This document shows, in pieces, positions 45,577 through 54,605 of a DNA stretch of 64,000 nt. The first letter of the stretch is position 1. Each line of letters begins with the position of its first letter. The notes under the pieces are model-generated. The model was not told where the DNA came from. It was given only the letters and a program-made list of their open reading frames with translations, and did no database searches. The position numbers were made by a program, and so were the translations under genes. Where the stretch lies: sequence record NC_031010.1; one strand, written 5' to 3'.

Positions 45577-46125
45577 ATGACCGACATCAAATTGATTGCC
45601 ATGCTGGAAACGCTGACCAGCCTTAAAACCAACAGCTACATGAAAGTCCGTGTCGAGATTTCCGAAGACGAGTACAAAACGCTGGTGAAGAATGCTTTCA
45701 TCAAAGCCTACCTCGACAAAACCTTCCCCGAACAGATCAAAGTGCTGGACGAGTGGGTCGCCACCCCTACGAACCTGCGGGATGCCAGCAAGAAGCCGTT
45801 CTGGCCACGTGCGATGACAGGCCGTATGCCACAGCGGGTTGTCTGGTTCTACAAAGACGGTGACCGCCTGAAAGGGAAAATCATCGGCTGGGATGCACCC
45901 GATGCGGATATCGATATTTGCCCAGTGGGTGAGTGTCAGCAGCCTACCTTCGTGGGTGCACTGTATCCGTACAACAATCCATCGACCGGGTACCTGACAC
46001 CGGTGTTTGTGGATGGCGTGGTGCCGCCGTATTATCACGAGCTGGCTATCTGGCAGACCGAGCAAGGCTTAAACGTCATGCGCTCGTCTGATGGCTACAC
46101 GTGGGGCGATATGTTAGAAGCGTAG
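45577..46125 (+). CDS. Hypothetical protein
   Basis: 182-aa ORF with coding-like codon use. Confidence 0.7.
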   Translation: MTDIKLIAMLETLTSLKTNSYMKVRVEISEDEYKTLVKNAFIKAYLDKTFPEQIKVLDEWVATPTNLRDASKKPFWPRAMTGRMPQRVVWFYKDGDRLKGKIIGWDAPDADIDICPVGECQQPTFVGALYPYNNPSTGYLTPVFVDGVVPPYYHELAIWQTEQGLNVMRSSDGYTWGDMLEA

Positions 46126-46133
46126 CGGTGCAG

Positions 46134-46171
46134 CGGGAATCCTTCGGGATTCCCGTGGTACTAATTTTTTT
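46134..46171 (+). terminator. Terminator-like hairpin
   Basis: CGGGAATCC-TTCG-GGATTCCCG with a T-run 10 nt later. Confidence 0.7.
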
Positions 46172-46227
46172 ACAGCAAGGGTCTAGGATATGGTAGATGT
46201 TTTGTTTCCTTTTTGGAACTCTTGCAA

Positions 46228-48741
46228 ATGTTAAAAGTCGAACGCATTATTCTCAAAGGTTTCACCGGCATGGGCTTGCACGATATTGTCAAGTTCGACT
46301 TCACGGTGACCACCCCTGTGACCATTATTCTCGGTGGTAATGGCTCAGGAAAAAGCAGTCTCCTTTCCGTATACCTTCCTTTATGTCCCGCAAAAACTGA
46401 TCTCTCTGATGGGGGTGAGTACACAAACTTTTCTCTTGTTGGTATCCAACGTTTTAAATTCCATGTCCGCCGTAAAGGCAGCAGTCTGATTTGTTGTATC
46501 GATAACCTCACCACCGGTGAGAACGTGGTCACTGACGTTAATCCGAAAGTGTATAACACCCACGTAGAATCCATGACCGGTCTTACCAAAGAAATCAAAG
46601 AACTTATTAACGGTGAGATCCAACTGACGCGCGCGAATACACCGCTGCGTAAAACGTGGTTCAGTAAAATGTCCACCTCGGACTTGGCCCACGCCTTGGG
46701 CTTTTATACCCGCCTGCGCAAACATTACAATGCGCTCGGTAACCAGATTGATTACGTCAGTGGCAAAATCTCGGACTCCCGTGTTCGCGTCATCGAAGAC
46801 CAAGAGGCCCGTGAACGGTTAGAAAGTCGCATGGAAGAGATGCAGCAGGAAATCTCGCAACTCAACCGTGTGCTGGAAAAGCGCCCACCCACTGACCGTG
46901 CGATGACCCCCGCTGCGTTAAAAGAGCAGATGGAGAAGATGCGCAAAATCACCGACATGATTCTTGACGCAGACACCGTCATTCCGACGCAAGAAATGAT
47001 TGATGAAGAACAGCGTCTGCTGTTGGAAGCCCGCGAATGGGTCGCCTCCTCAGAAGCCACGCTCAAGGCGTATAACCGTGAACTGTCACAGTTAACCGAT
47101 GAGCAAAACCGTCAGTCTTATTTGATGCGTAACCACAGTGGCCTGCAGACCACCATTGCCAGACTGGATGGCGAGTTGACGACCCTGAAAACGGTGCGTC
47201 GGGTCTTCAGTGATTTGTTCGATGCCCAACGTTTCGTGGTACCGGTGTTAGTAGATGCGGAAAGTCATGCCACTGAATTCACAACGACCCTGACTCGCCT
47301 GATTGACCGACTGCAGACCAACCGCCGTCTCAAGGAGATGGAAGAGGAATTGCAGCAGTACGACGTCAAGTGTTCGTACCAGAACGAAAAGATTGGACGC
47401 TGTGAGAATGTGTTGCGTAACTTGCAACACGATTTAAAGCATTACCACGATACCAGTGAAGTGGATTGCCCGCAGTGCCAGTTTCATTTCCGTCCGGGTG
47501 TGACCCGCAGTCTGGAAGCGTTAACCGGTGAGTACAACCAGAACGAGACGTATCTGGCCCAGCTCAAAACGGACATGGACACGTTGATGCGTGACCGGGG
47601 TGAGATAGAGGAGGAGGTGTCGAATCTGCGCAGCATTCGTGGCATCATCATGACCTACTCCCGTGACCCGGTGCTGTCTATCCTCTTCAAGCGTCTGCAG
47701 GAAGAGGAGGCGTTTACCACCAACCGTTCCCGCTTCGGTAGTTTGGTGATGGCGTTCTTTGATGAGCTGCGTGAAGCCCAGCATTATCTGCGCTTGGTGG
47801 AGCAGCTGGATAAGGCCAATCGGGAGTGGCAGGAAGCGGCCATGACGGTCGGGAATGTCGATACGGTGTTGCCTGAGAAGATCCGTCGTTTAGAGGAACA
47901 AATCAACGCCACCACACAGGCGCTCTCAGAGCACCGTCAGTACGCGCAAGAGAAAAACCAGAGTGTGAGTCGACTGAGTGTGTTAAACACCTCTGTAGCG
48001 GCGTTTGAGGCGTTCTACGCGGACTTCCAGCGCAGTTTGGTTGTTGCCCGCAACACAACGATTGTCGAGCACCTCAATCAAGCCCGTGAAAGCAAACTGG
48101 ATGCTTACGCCACGGCTCGCGACCGTTATCGTCAAATGACCAACGAGTTAGACCAGTTGGCCACCATGGAAAAAGATTTGGCTGCCCTGCAAGCCGAACG
48201 CCATGAGGCAAGGCAGATGATAACGGCGTGGTCACCGGAGCAAGGTGTCCTGCGCAAGTATTACTACAAAGCCATCGTGCGTATCACCGAGATGATGAAC
48301 CACTATGTTGACTTGGTCTGGTCGTACCCAATGCGGGTCATGCCCTGCGACATGTCCGATGGTGAGTTGGATTATTTATTCCCCTTTAAGCTCAAAGACA
48401 AGGAAGAGCTGGCACCCGATGTCTGTAAAGGATCGAAAGCCCAAAAGGCAATGTTTGACTTGGCATACCGCTTAACGAGTTACAAGGGACTGGGTTTACA
48501 GAATTTCCCCTTGTTATTAGATGAGCCTTCTGAGGGCATGGATGAAGCCCACCGTCACCGTTTGGTTGATTTTATTAAACGGTTATCTTCCAGCGGTGAG
48601 TTTTCTCAGTTGATCGTTGTATCGCACGATTCGGATGTGCATTCCAAACTGAACGAGGCCTCGTATTGCGTGGTCGAACCAGAAGGCGTGACGTTGCCGG
48701 ACGTGTATAATGAACATGTCAAGATTCAATACGCGGAATAA
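46228..48741 (+). CDS. sbcC: SbcC/Rad50-like SMC ATPase
   Basis: Walker A GGNGSGKSS, long coiled coils, zinc hook CPQC, Walker B LLLDEP and H-loop VVSHD. Confidence 0.88.
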   Translation: MLKVERIILKGFTGMGLHDIVKFDFTVTTPVTIILGGNGSGKSSLLSVYLPLCPAKTDLSDGGEYTNFSLVGIQRFKFHVRRKGSSLICCIDNLTTGENVVTDVNPKVYNTHVESMTGLTKEIKELINGEIQLTRANTPLRKTWFSKMSTSDLAHALGFYTRLRKHYNALGNQIDYVSGKISDSRVRVIEDQEARERLESRMEEMQQEISQLNRVLEKRPPTDRAMTPAALKEQMEKMRKITDMILDADTVIPTQEMIDEEQRLLLEAREWVASSEATLKAYNRELSQLTDEQNRQSYLMRNHSGLQTTIARLDGELTTLKTVRRVFSDLFDAQRFVVPVLVDAESHATEFTTTLTRLIDRLQTNRRLKEMEEELQQYDVKCSYQNEKIGRCENVLRNLQHDLKHYHDTSEVDCPQCQFHFRPGVTRSLEALTGEYNQNETYLAQLKTDMDTLMRDRGEIEEEVSNLRSIRGIIMTYSRDPVLSILFKRLQEEEAFTTNRSRFGSLVMAFFDELREAQHYLRLVEQLDKANREWQEAAMTVGNVDTVLPEKIRRLEEQINATTQALSEHRQYAQEKNQSVSRLSVLNTSVAAFEAFYADFQRSLVVARNTTIVEHLNQARESKLDAYATARDRYRQMTNELDQLATMEKDLAALQAERHEARQMITAWSPEQGVLRKYYYKAIVRITEMMNHYVDLVWSYPMRVMPCDMSDGELDYLFPFKLKDKEELAPDVCKGSKAQKAMFDLAYRLTSYKGLGLQNFPLLLDEPSEGMDEAHRHRLVDFIKRLSSSGEFSQLIVVSHDSDVHSKLNEASYCVVEPEGVTLPDVYNEHVKIQYAE

Positions 48742-48744
48742 TTA

Positions 48745-48924
48745 ATGCGCACTTTACTCACAGCAATCATTTGGGTTTTTGGTTTCCTCATCGCAATGGG
48801 TTCGATTATCGCCCTTGCCGTGGCGTCGTTTTTGTATTACATCGTGCCAATGGTCTTTGTCATTCCCGGTCGCGTCATCGGCTGGACTGAACAGGGTGTG
48901 GAGCCATGCCTAAAGAAACGTTAA
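48745..48924 (+). CDS. 59-aa membrane protein not in the ORF track
   Basis: MRTLLTAIIWVFGFLIAMGSIIALAVASFLYYIVPMVFVIPG...; long hydrophobic stretch. Confidence 0.55.
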   Translation: MRTLLTAIIWVFGFLIAMGSIIALAVASFLYYIVPMVFVIPGRVIGWTEQGVEPCLKKR

Positions 48925-49292
48925 GTAAACTACACGACGTTGCCATTCCGCTGTACGGCATTAACTTATTGGTAGCGGTCTGTCCTGACGCTGCCCGTGA
49001 GTTTGACCCGTACATGGACTTGCACCCAGATTGTTCGGCTGAGGTGTACGTGTTTCATCACGGTGAACGCCGTCATGCGTATATCGGTGTGGTGTTTGAA
49101 AACGTGAATGCTGCGGATGCGAATACCGTGGCGCACGAAGCAGTTCATGCGGCGTGGCGAACGTTGGAGTGGGTTGGGATTAAGGCTACGGTTGACAACC
49201 AAGAAGCGCTTGCGTATCTGGTGGGATGGGTGGCTCAGGAAATAACTGATTTTGTAGCGCCTCATCGTAAGGCAAAAAGGAAGAAGAAATGA
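48906..49292 (+). CDS. Small HExxH (zincin-like) protein
   Basis: VAHEAVHAA...QEALAYLVGW. Confidence 0.65.
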   Translation: MPKETLSKLHDVAIPLYGINLLVAVCPDAAREFDPYMDLHPDCSAEVYVFHHGERRHAYIGVVFENVNAADANTVAHEAVHAAWRTLEWVGIKATVDNQEALAYLVGWVAQEITDFVAPHRKAKRKKK

Positions 49293-49396
49293 TTACTGGA
49301 CTCGTGTTATCGGGAGTATGTCTGTGGATTATCGCCAAGGCATTCGGTTATATCCTCCGGGATGTAAAACGCAAGGAGGCCTTTCGTGAAGGGTGA
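49289..49396 (+). CDS. 35-aa single-TM peptide
   Basis: MITGLVLSGVCLWIIAKAFGYILRDVKRKEAFREG; ATGA overlap with the previous gene. Confidence 0.55.
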   Translation: MITGLVLSGVCLWIIAKAFGYILRDVKRKEAFREG

Positions 49397-49526
49397 CTTG
49401 TGGTTTAGTGTTCTCACCAAAGGTGAGATGGTAGTAGGCGGCCTGATGGCCGTGGTGTTTGGTTTGGCCGTGTTACTTGATCAATATAAACGGAGAAAGC
49501 GTCATGGAAGAGATGACCATTTTTAG
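49386..49526 (+). CDS. 46-aa single-TM peptide
   Basis: GTG start after SD AAGGAGG; MVVGGLMAVVFGLAVLL followed by KRRKR. Confidence 0.6.
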   Translation: MKGDLWFSVLTKGEMVVGGLMAVVFGLAVLLDQYKRRKRHGRDDHF

Positions 49527-49809
49527 AGTAATCTGCAACAGCATCTGTTTGTTTGCGTTGTTTGGCGAACTGGCGCTGTTGACATTGGTGCGCGCTCGTT
49601 GTAATTGGGTTTGCCCCTGTACAGCGGAACTGCGACCGGTTGCTTGGCTGATTGTGATTGACACCTTTGGCTTCACAGTCGGTATGGTCTACGCCAACTT
49701 GAGTGTCATGATACCGTTGACGTTGTTTGTCAGTACGTTATACATGGGACGCACAATCTGGCGTTGGGAAAAGAATGTTGATACAAAACGCGGATCTTCC
49801 TTATGCTAA
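49504..49809 (+). CDS. Small multi-TM membrane protein
   Basis: Start reassigned to ATG 49504 (SD GGAG); three hydrophobic segments. Confidence 0.65.
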   Translation: MEEMTIFRVICNSICLFALFGELALLTLVRARCNWVCPCTAELRPVAWLIVIDTFGFTVGMVYANLSVMIPLTLFVSTLYMGRTIWRWEKNVDTKRGSSLC

Positions 49810-49910
49810 AATTTATCGTGTGGTGTGGTAAGATGGTAATCTACGTTGGCGCAGCCAGCGTAGCCACTGTTTTCGGTGCTGTCTTAGCACTCACGCAAGG
49901 CTGGTTCTAA
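49803..49910 (+). CDS. 35-aa hydrophobic peptide
   Basis: MLKFIVWCGKMVIYVGAASVATVFGAVLALTQGWF. Confidence 0.5.
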   Translation: MLKFIVWCGKMVIYVGAASVATVFGAVLALTQGWF

Positions 49911-49927
49911 TTTCAGAGGAGTAAGGT

Positions 49928-50119
49928 GTGGACAAATCTGAAGGACAATTGATACGACGGGTTGGCGGTGCGGTTATGCCGGATGGATGTCGAACGACGG
50001 CATTCGATGTCGAGCAGCAACCAAAGGAGAACCCCGAACGAATGCGGGGCGATGGGCGAAGGGAACTTCGCAGTACGCGGTCTGGGTTTACCTACCCGGT
50101 GGCGAGGCAACGTGGCTGA
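49928..50119 (+). CDS. Hypothetical protein
   Basis: GTG start after SD GAGGAG. Confidence 0.45.
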   Translation: MDKSEGQLIRRVGGAVMPDGCRTTAFDVEQQPKENPERMRGDGRRELRSTRSGFTYPVARQRG

Positions 50120-50330
50120 CGAACCGTTAGATGAACGTGAAGTGGTAGTGGTGGGCATGGGTTACATCGGTTTGGTTGGTTCCAGGCTGCGACCCGACCC
50201 TGCCAGCGGGTTTCCTTTTGCACAGGAAGCTGAGGTCATGGGTACCCGCAAACTAGCACGCTACGAATCCGGTGAAGACTGGAGAGGGACTCAGCGACGC
50301 CATCAGGCGAACCGTAAGTATCGGAGGTAA
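50112..50330 (+). CDS. Hypothetical 72-aa protein
   Basis: A GTG start overlapping the previous stop; contains VVVVGMGYIGL. Confidence 0.4.
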   Translation: MADEPLDEREVVVVGMGYIGLVGSRLRPDPASGFPFAQEAEVMGTRKLARYESGEDWRGTQRRHQANRKYRR

Positions 50331-50347
50331 ATCTGGAACTTTCGGAT

Positions 50348-50803
50348 TTGGGTGTAGAATACGTGGCGGACGAGCAAGCGCTAGCTCAAGCAGATCACAA
50401 TACACTCTTAGCTATGTATCAGCACTTTCTGGAAGAACACGGCAGAATGGTGCAGGGTACAGACGTAGTAAAACCAAGTGTGCATGCGCTGCTGGATAAC
50501 GACATGTGCCTTGTTACTGCCCGATGGAAGGGCGGCTTAATCGGTTTTGTGACGTTCGGTATAACGGAAACACGCAATATAGCGTTGCACGTTGTCTATA
50601 CGTTACGCGAACGACGAAGGCGGGGCGTTGCGTCTGCATTGTTGGATGAAATACGCAGACAGCATCCGGAAAAAAGAATGGTAGCGGAAGTCTACCAGCG
50701 TAACCAACCTGCTTTACGTTTGTTCACGAAACATTATTTTACTTTCGTATTCTGTACTGGCTGGGCTAGTGCAGTTCGAGAAATAGGAAATCCGTATCCA
50801 TGA
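50348..50803 (+). CDS. GNAT-family acetyltransferase
   Basis: LIGFV, VYTLRERRRRGVASALL (motif A) and NQPALRLF (motif B); start uncertain. Confidence 0.8.
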   Translation: MGVEYVADEQALAQADHNTLLAMYQHFLEEHGRMVQGTDVVKPSVHALLDNDMCLVTARWKGGLIGFVTFGITETRNIALHVVYTLRERRRRGVASALLDEIRRQHPEKRMVAEVYQRNQPALRLFTKHYFTFVFCTGWASAVREIGNPYP

Positions 50804-51282
50804 CCACCGTTACAATTTTGGCAGACATTCATTCGTTATCTGATTCACAGCAAAAGCAGTTGTTGGCATTGCATTATAAATTTCTTAACTATCAGCGAAT
50901 GGTTTTGAAAGTCGACCATGTTGTACCAAATGTAACGCTGGCGGCCATCGCTGCAGGCAACCAGTGTGCAGTTGCATTTGACGATAACCAGACCGTTATC
51001 GGTTATTGCTTCTTCCGTTCGAATGCTGTCCAGATAGGCCTGCGTTGCCTGTTTGTCTCTGAGGCACATCGTCGTAAGTATGTAATGACTGCTATCCTTT
51101 CTGCCGTGTCAGAAAGTTCGAACCACGAGTCTATTTCAGCCACTGTCTTCAAAGACAACTACCTTGGTGTGCAGATGTTCAAAGCACTGGGGTTTGTTGA
51201 TGAAGAACGCAACGGATGGCTTGACTTTAACCTGAAAGTCAAAGCAGGCATTACTCATCCTAATGTCCTGCAGTCTGCCTAA
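50800..51282 (+). CDS. GNAT-family acetyltransferase with degenerate motif A
   Basis: VIGYC, LFVSEAHRRKYVMTAIL and DNYLGVQMFKALGF; ATGA overlap. Confidence 0.75.
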   Translation: MTTVTILADIHSLSDSQQKQLLALHYKFLNYQRMVLKVDHVVPNVTLAAIAAGNQCAVAFDDNQTVIGYCFFRSNAVQIGLRCLFVSEAHRRKYVMTAILSAVSESSNHESISATVFKDNYLGVQMFKALGFVDEERNGWLDFNLKVKAGITHPNVLQSA

Positions 51283-51295
51283 GTAACACTACCTC

Positions 51296-51365
51296 GCTTC
51301 CCTTACGTATTGAGCCTATTACTCTGAGAGTAAATTCGCTCTTTTTACGTAGGGGAAGCTTTTTA
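51296..51365 (+). other. Long nested hairpin with U-tract
   Basis: 14-bp outer stem GCTTCCCTTACGTA/TACGTAGGGGAAGC, inner stems GAGC/GCTC and TTACTC/GAGTAA, then TTTTT. Confidence 0.6.
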
Positions 51366-51380
51366 TGTTAAAACGCCAAA

Positions 51381-51770
51381 TTGCTGTCAACACAAAATCC
51401 TCCGGCATCAATACGGATCTGTGTTGGAATGAATACCAGCGCGCTGCGCCATTCTTACAGGAGTTTCTCAATGGAGTTAAGTCAAAACGAGCGGATGTTG
51501 GACGGGTCGAAAGGGCACCCCTGCTCGCTGGTCCTGAGTTGGCAGCCGCCTGAGCCCGTGAGTCGTCGTAATGTTCTGGTTTCTTTTTTTGCCCAGAACG
51601 GAAATACCTTTTGTAACGTGGGTACTATCGGCCACGTTGATTGGGGGATGTCGCCTTTAACGGCTGCTGTACTTTATAATCTCCCCGCTGCCCGTCACAA
51701 ACTAAAAAGAGGTCGCGACTGGCTGATGCCTGATCACGTCCCCTATTACACACAAGCCCCAGTTTTTTAA
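51381..51770 (+). CDS. Hypothetical protein (start uncertain)
   Basis: Fills the gap; the true start may be an internal ATG. Confidence 0.4.
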   Translation: MLSTQNPPASIRICVGMNTSALRHSYRSFSMELSQNERMLDGSKGHPCSLVLSWQPPEPVSRRNVLVSFFAQNGNTFCNVGTIGHVDWGMSPLTAAVLYNLPAARHKLKRGRDWLMPDHVPYYTQAPVF

Positions 51771-51782
51771 GTAGGTAGCCGT

Positions 51783-52169
51783 ATGGATTGGCCCATTTAC
51801 CACGTCTTTGGAACATCGCAATTGGATGACTCTGATTACGCTGTGTTACTGAATCAATTGGCACGTATTGAGTCTACGCGTCTTTACATTGGCAACAGTG
51901 TCGAGACGCCGCTTTCTCGTTTAGTCGGTTCAGACTTTCGGTTGTTCGATGCAGAACACCTGAGGGAGTCTTGGATAAACACAGCACTGTGGCGTGAAGC
52001 ATACATGCTACAGTGGGCAAAAGTGGATATCGAGAAAGTATGGGATTCCTTCGTGGATGACCGCCAGAAAGCCCAAGTCATGCACGTGATTGAACTCATG
52101 AATCGCAAGACGGTTCGGCATGAGGGCTTGGACGCCGTTTTTGCGAGTTGGCAAAAAAGGAATAAATAG
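51783..52169 (+). CDS. Hypothetical protein
   Basis: 128-aa ORF with SD AGGT. Confidence 0.65.
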   Translation: MDWPIYHVFGTSQLDDSDYAVLLNQLARIESTRLYIGNSVETPLSRLVGSDFRLFDAEHLRESWINTALWREAYMLQWAKVDIEKVWDSFVDDRQKAQVMHVIELMNRKTVRHEGLDAVFASWQKRNK

Positions 52170-52426
52170 TGGTAGACGAGAAAGGGGATTGGCTGGAACG
52201 ATTGTTGCGGCCTTTCCATTCGAAGAAACCCGAGGAGAGAAAAGAACCGGAATTGGCATACACTGCCATGGCGGCCCTTGAGTTGGATATCGAGCGGTCG
52301 ATGGCGGATGAAGGCTATACGCAGGCGTTTGTGCGGGTGAGTACCAACACAACCACGATGCGCTTTACGGGGGACGGCAGACGCTCCCCCATCACGGTAA
52401 CTATCAAAGTAGAGGAGGGGCCATGA
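52169..52426 (+). CDS. Hypothetical protein
   Basis: Coupled to both neighbours. Confidence 0.55.
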   Translation: MVDEKGDWLERLLRPFHSKKPEERKEPELAYTAMAALELDIERSMADEGYTQAFVRVSTNTTTMRFTGDGRRSPITVTIKVEEGP

Positions 52427-52668
52427 AGATTCTGAGTATGAAACCGATACCGGATACCTCCGGTATTGTTGAGTTGTTGAATGACGATGGCACGTTGTTT
52501 GGACTGGCTTTTGAACCTGAACCACGCCACCGTGAGATGATGGCTGCATGGATGACACCGAACACGACGCCTAGCGGCCCGTTGCAGTGGGGACAGTGGA
52601 CGACGTACAACTCGCCTCTCACGGCAAAAATGGCACAGGTCACGTTGGCGGGGTTGCAACATGGATAA
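52423..52668 (+). CDS. Hypothetical protein
   Basis: SD GAGGAGG; ATGA overlap. Confidence 0.65.
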   Translation: MKILSMKPIPDTSGIVELLNDDGTLFGLAFEPEPRHREMMAAWMTPNTTPSGPLQWGQWTTYNSPLTAKMAQVTLAGLQHG

Positions 52669-52753
52669 CGAACAGCGAAAACACCTCAAGGTGATCGTTG
52701 CTCGCTATGCCAATCGCCTTCTCAAGCAAATGAAAGAGAAAGAGAAAAACTAA
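52661..52753 (+). CDS. 30-aa basic peptide
   Basis: MDNEQRKHLKVIVARYANRLLKQMKEKEKN fills the gap before the macrodomain gene. Confidence 0.45.
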   Translation: MDNEQRKHLKVIVARYANRLLKQMKEKEKN

Positions 52754-52754
52754 T

Positions 52755-53246
52755 ATGTTAACATTGCACGATGAACTGACCATACGTCAGAATCTGTTTA
52801 ATGCGCCTCAGCGCTATAAGGTTGTGACGGTCAATTGTGTCGGAGCAATGGGCAAAGGCATCGCTCTCGAATGCCGTGAACGCTACACACAGCTCTACCA
52901 TGATTACCGTGCGCGTTGTCGCGCGGGTGAAATCGTCGTTGGTGAACTGACGGTTTATCAAGACGAAAACGTTATACTCTTCCCGACGAAAGTCCATTTT
53001 AAAGACCCCACACAGGTGTCTTATGTAACTCCTGCTTTGCATCGCCTAGCAGAACTTGCAGAACGGCTCGAGGGTGGCATCGCACTGCCGCCTCTGGGCA
53101 TGGCAAATGGTTGGCTTAAGTATTATCAGCGGGTGGAGGTTTGGAAAGGCTTACAGAACATTATTGCACCACTTGACGCGACCGTGGACATGTACTTACC
53201 GACATGGCTACTGGAAGAAGCACAGCAAATATTCAGTGAAAAATAA
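52755..53246 (+). CDS. Macrodomain protein, DarG-like ADP-ribose hydrolase
   Basis: NLF, TVNCVGAMGKGIA, LFPTK.HF and IALPPLGMANG.L are the DarG-type macrodomain motifs. Confidence 0.85.
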   Translation: MLTLHDELTIRQNLFNAPQRYKVVTVNCVGAMGKGIALECRERYTQLYHDYRARCRAGEIVVGELTVYQDENVILFPTKVHFKDPTQVSYVTPALHRLAELAERLEGGIALPPLGMANGWLKYYQRVEVWKGLQNIIAPLDATVDMYLPTWLLEEAQQIFSEK

Positions 53247-53358
53247 TTGAGACATATTTTATCAGCTTGAACTATCACAGAGGAGTGAATTGGCTGACCG
53301 CGCCGTTACGAATCGTTCGAAACGGAAAAGAAATACATCCTTTCGGAGAACCCATCCA

Positions 53359-54066
53359 ATGCTTAAGTTTCTAACCCTTTCCCTGTTAAGCTTAGTTGCC
53401 TTTACCGCACAAGCTTCTTATCAGGCAGAATACCAGGACCACTTGCAAGACCGTTTCGAAAAAGTACAGCCACTCATCTTAGAAGTGGCCCGTCAGCAGA
53501 ATGTTGACCCGGTGTTACTCACCACCGCAATGTATAAAGAGTCGCGCTTTGACGTCAAAGCCAAGAACCCCAAAAGTACCGCCCGGGGTGGCATGCAAAT
53601 GCTCAAGGGTACTGCGAAGGCCATGATTAGCAAACACGGCAAGGAGTTAGGCATTGCGCACGGCGCGAACCTAAACAATCCCCGTGTGGCGTTGAAACTC
53701 TCAGCGGCCTACCTTAAAGACATTGAACAAGAAATGAACGGTCGTCTTAAACGACCAGTGTCGAACAGCGAGATTTACCTCGGCTATAAGTTTGGTCCCG
53801 GTACCGCCGCTTCACTGATTAAATCCGGTAAACACCGCAAACGCAACGGCACCATTGCACAGTTCCGACGTGCAGCTGCTTTCTACGCAGACCTTACTCC
53901 AGCAGCCCCGAAGAAAAAGGCTGGGAAGTCCGTGCGGTTGGCTTTTGCGAAGACAAAGGATAACGACCTGAAAGAACTCCAAGGGGTCTGGACATCGCTC
54001 TACGGCAACGCTGTAACGAAACCGAACCCCGACACTGTACTGGCATCAAACCGCAATCTCTTTTAA
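53359..54066 (+). CDS. Exported soluble lytic transglycosylase (SLT/GH23)
   Basis: Start reassigned to ATG 53359 with signal peptide MLKFLTLSLLSLVAFTAQA; KESRF (catalytic Glu), STARGGMQML and YLGYKFGPG. Confidence 0.85.
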   Translation: MLKFLTLSLLSLVAFTAQASYQAEYQDHLQDRFEKVQPLILEVARQQNVDPVLLTTAMYKESRFDVKAKNPKSTARGGMQMLKGTAKAMISKHGKELGIAHGANLNNPRVALKLSAAYLKDIEQEMNGRLKRPVSNSEIYLGYKFGPGTAASLIKSGKHRKRNGTIAQFRRAAAFYADLTPAAPKKKAGKSVRLAFAKTKDNDLKELQGVWTSLYGNAVTKPNPDTVLASNRNLF

Positions 54067-54077
54067 TAAGGATCAAT

Positions 54078-54599
54078 ATGAACATCGTAGAACAACCGTG
54101 GTATCCTAAGCTGGTTCTCGCTGCCCAAGAAACGGCACGCGACGTTTACCAATTGGTGAAGGGCAGTGTATCCGCAGAAGACTCAGAGCAGTTTGATGAG
54201 AACTTCGCAGAGCTGCATGATTTCTTTGATGCGTTCCCAAGCGCCTTTGGGGATGACGAAGAAGAGATGATCGAGTTCGACTGGAATGCGAACTTAGCAC
54301 TGCTGTGGATCTGCGGTCTGCGTCCCGTGGTCGAAGACACCGAAGCGGGCCATGTCCTGCTGTGGTTGCCCAAGGCGGGCTACGATAAAGAACTCATCTT
54401 CCGTCAAGCGTACATGCTGGCCACCGTTGAACTGCAAAAGCTGTTCTTCGATGCAAGCGAATACGCGCAGCGCAGCTTCCTGACCATTCTGGAAAAGCTG
54501 GCCCGTACCCATCGTCTGTGGCGTTCGGAAGAAGCAGCCGACCATCAGTTCGTGCTGGAATACGAAGTCATTCCCAACCAGCCGCTGATTGCGGAGTAA
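54078..54599 (+). CDS. Hypothetical acidic protein
   Basis: 173-aa ORF with SD AAGGA. Confidence 0.75.
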   Translation: MNIVEQPWYPKLVLAAQETARDVYQLVKGSVSAEDSEQFDENFAELHDFFDAFPSAFGDDEEEMIEFDWNANLALLWICGLRPVVEDTEAGHVLLWLPKAGYDKELIFRQAYMLATVELQKLFFDASEYAQRSFLTILEKLARTHRLWRSEEAADHQFVLEYEVIPNQPLIAE

Positions 54600-54605
54600 T
54601 CTCTA

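Noticed and set aside
45316-46676. Antisense ORFs 45316..46065 and 46170..46676; likewise 51884..52558 and 55273..55959
   Set aside because: They lie opposite well-punctuated plus-strand genes with terminators.
50112-50330. UDP-sugar dehydrogenase suggested by VVVVGMGYIGL
   Set aside because: Only a GxGxxG-like stretch in 72 aa; the rest of the enzyme is absent.
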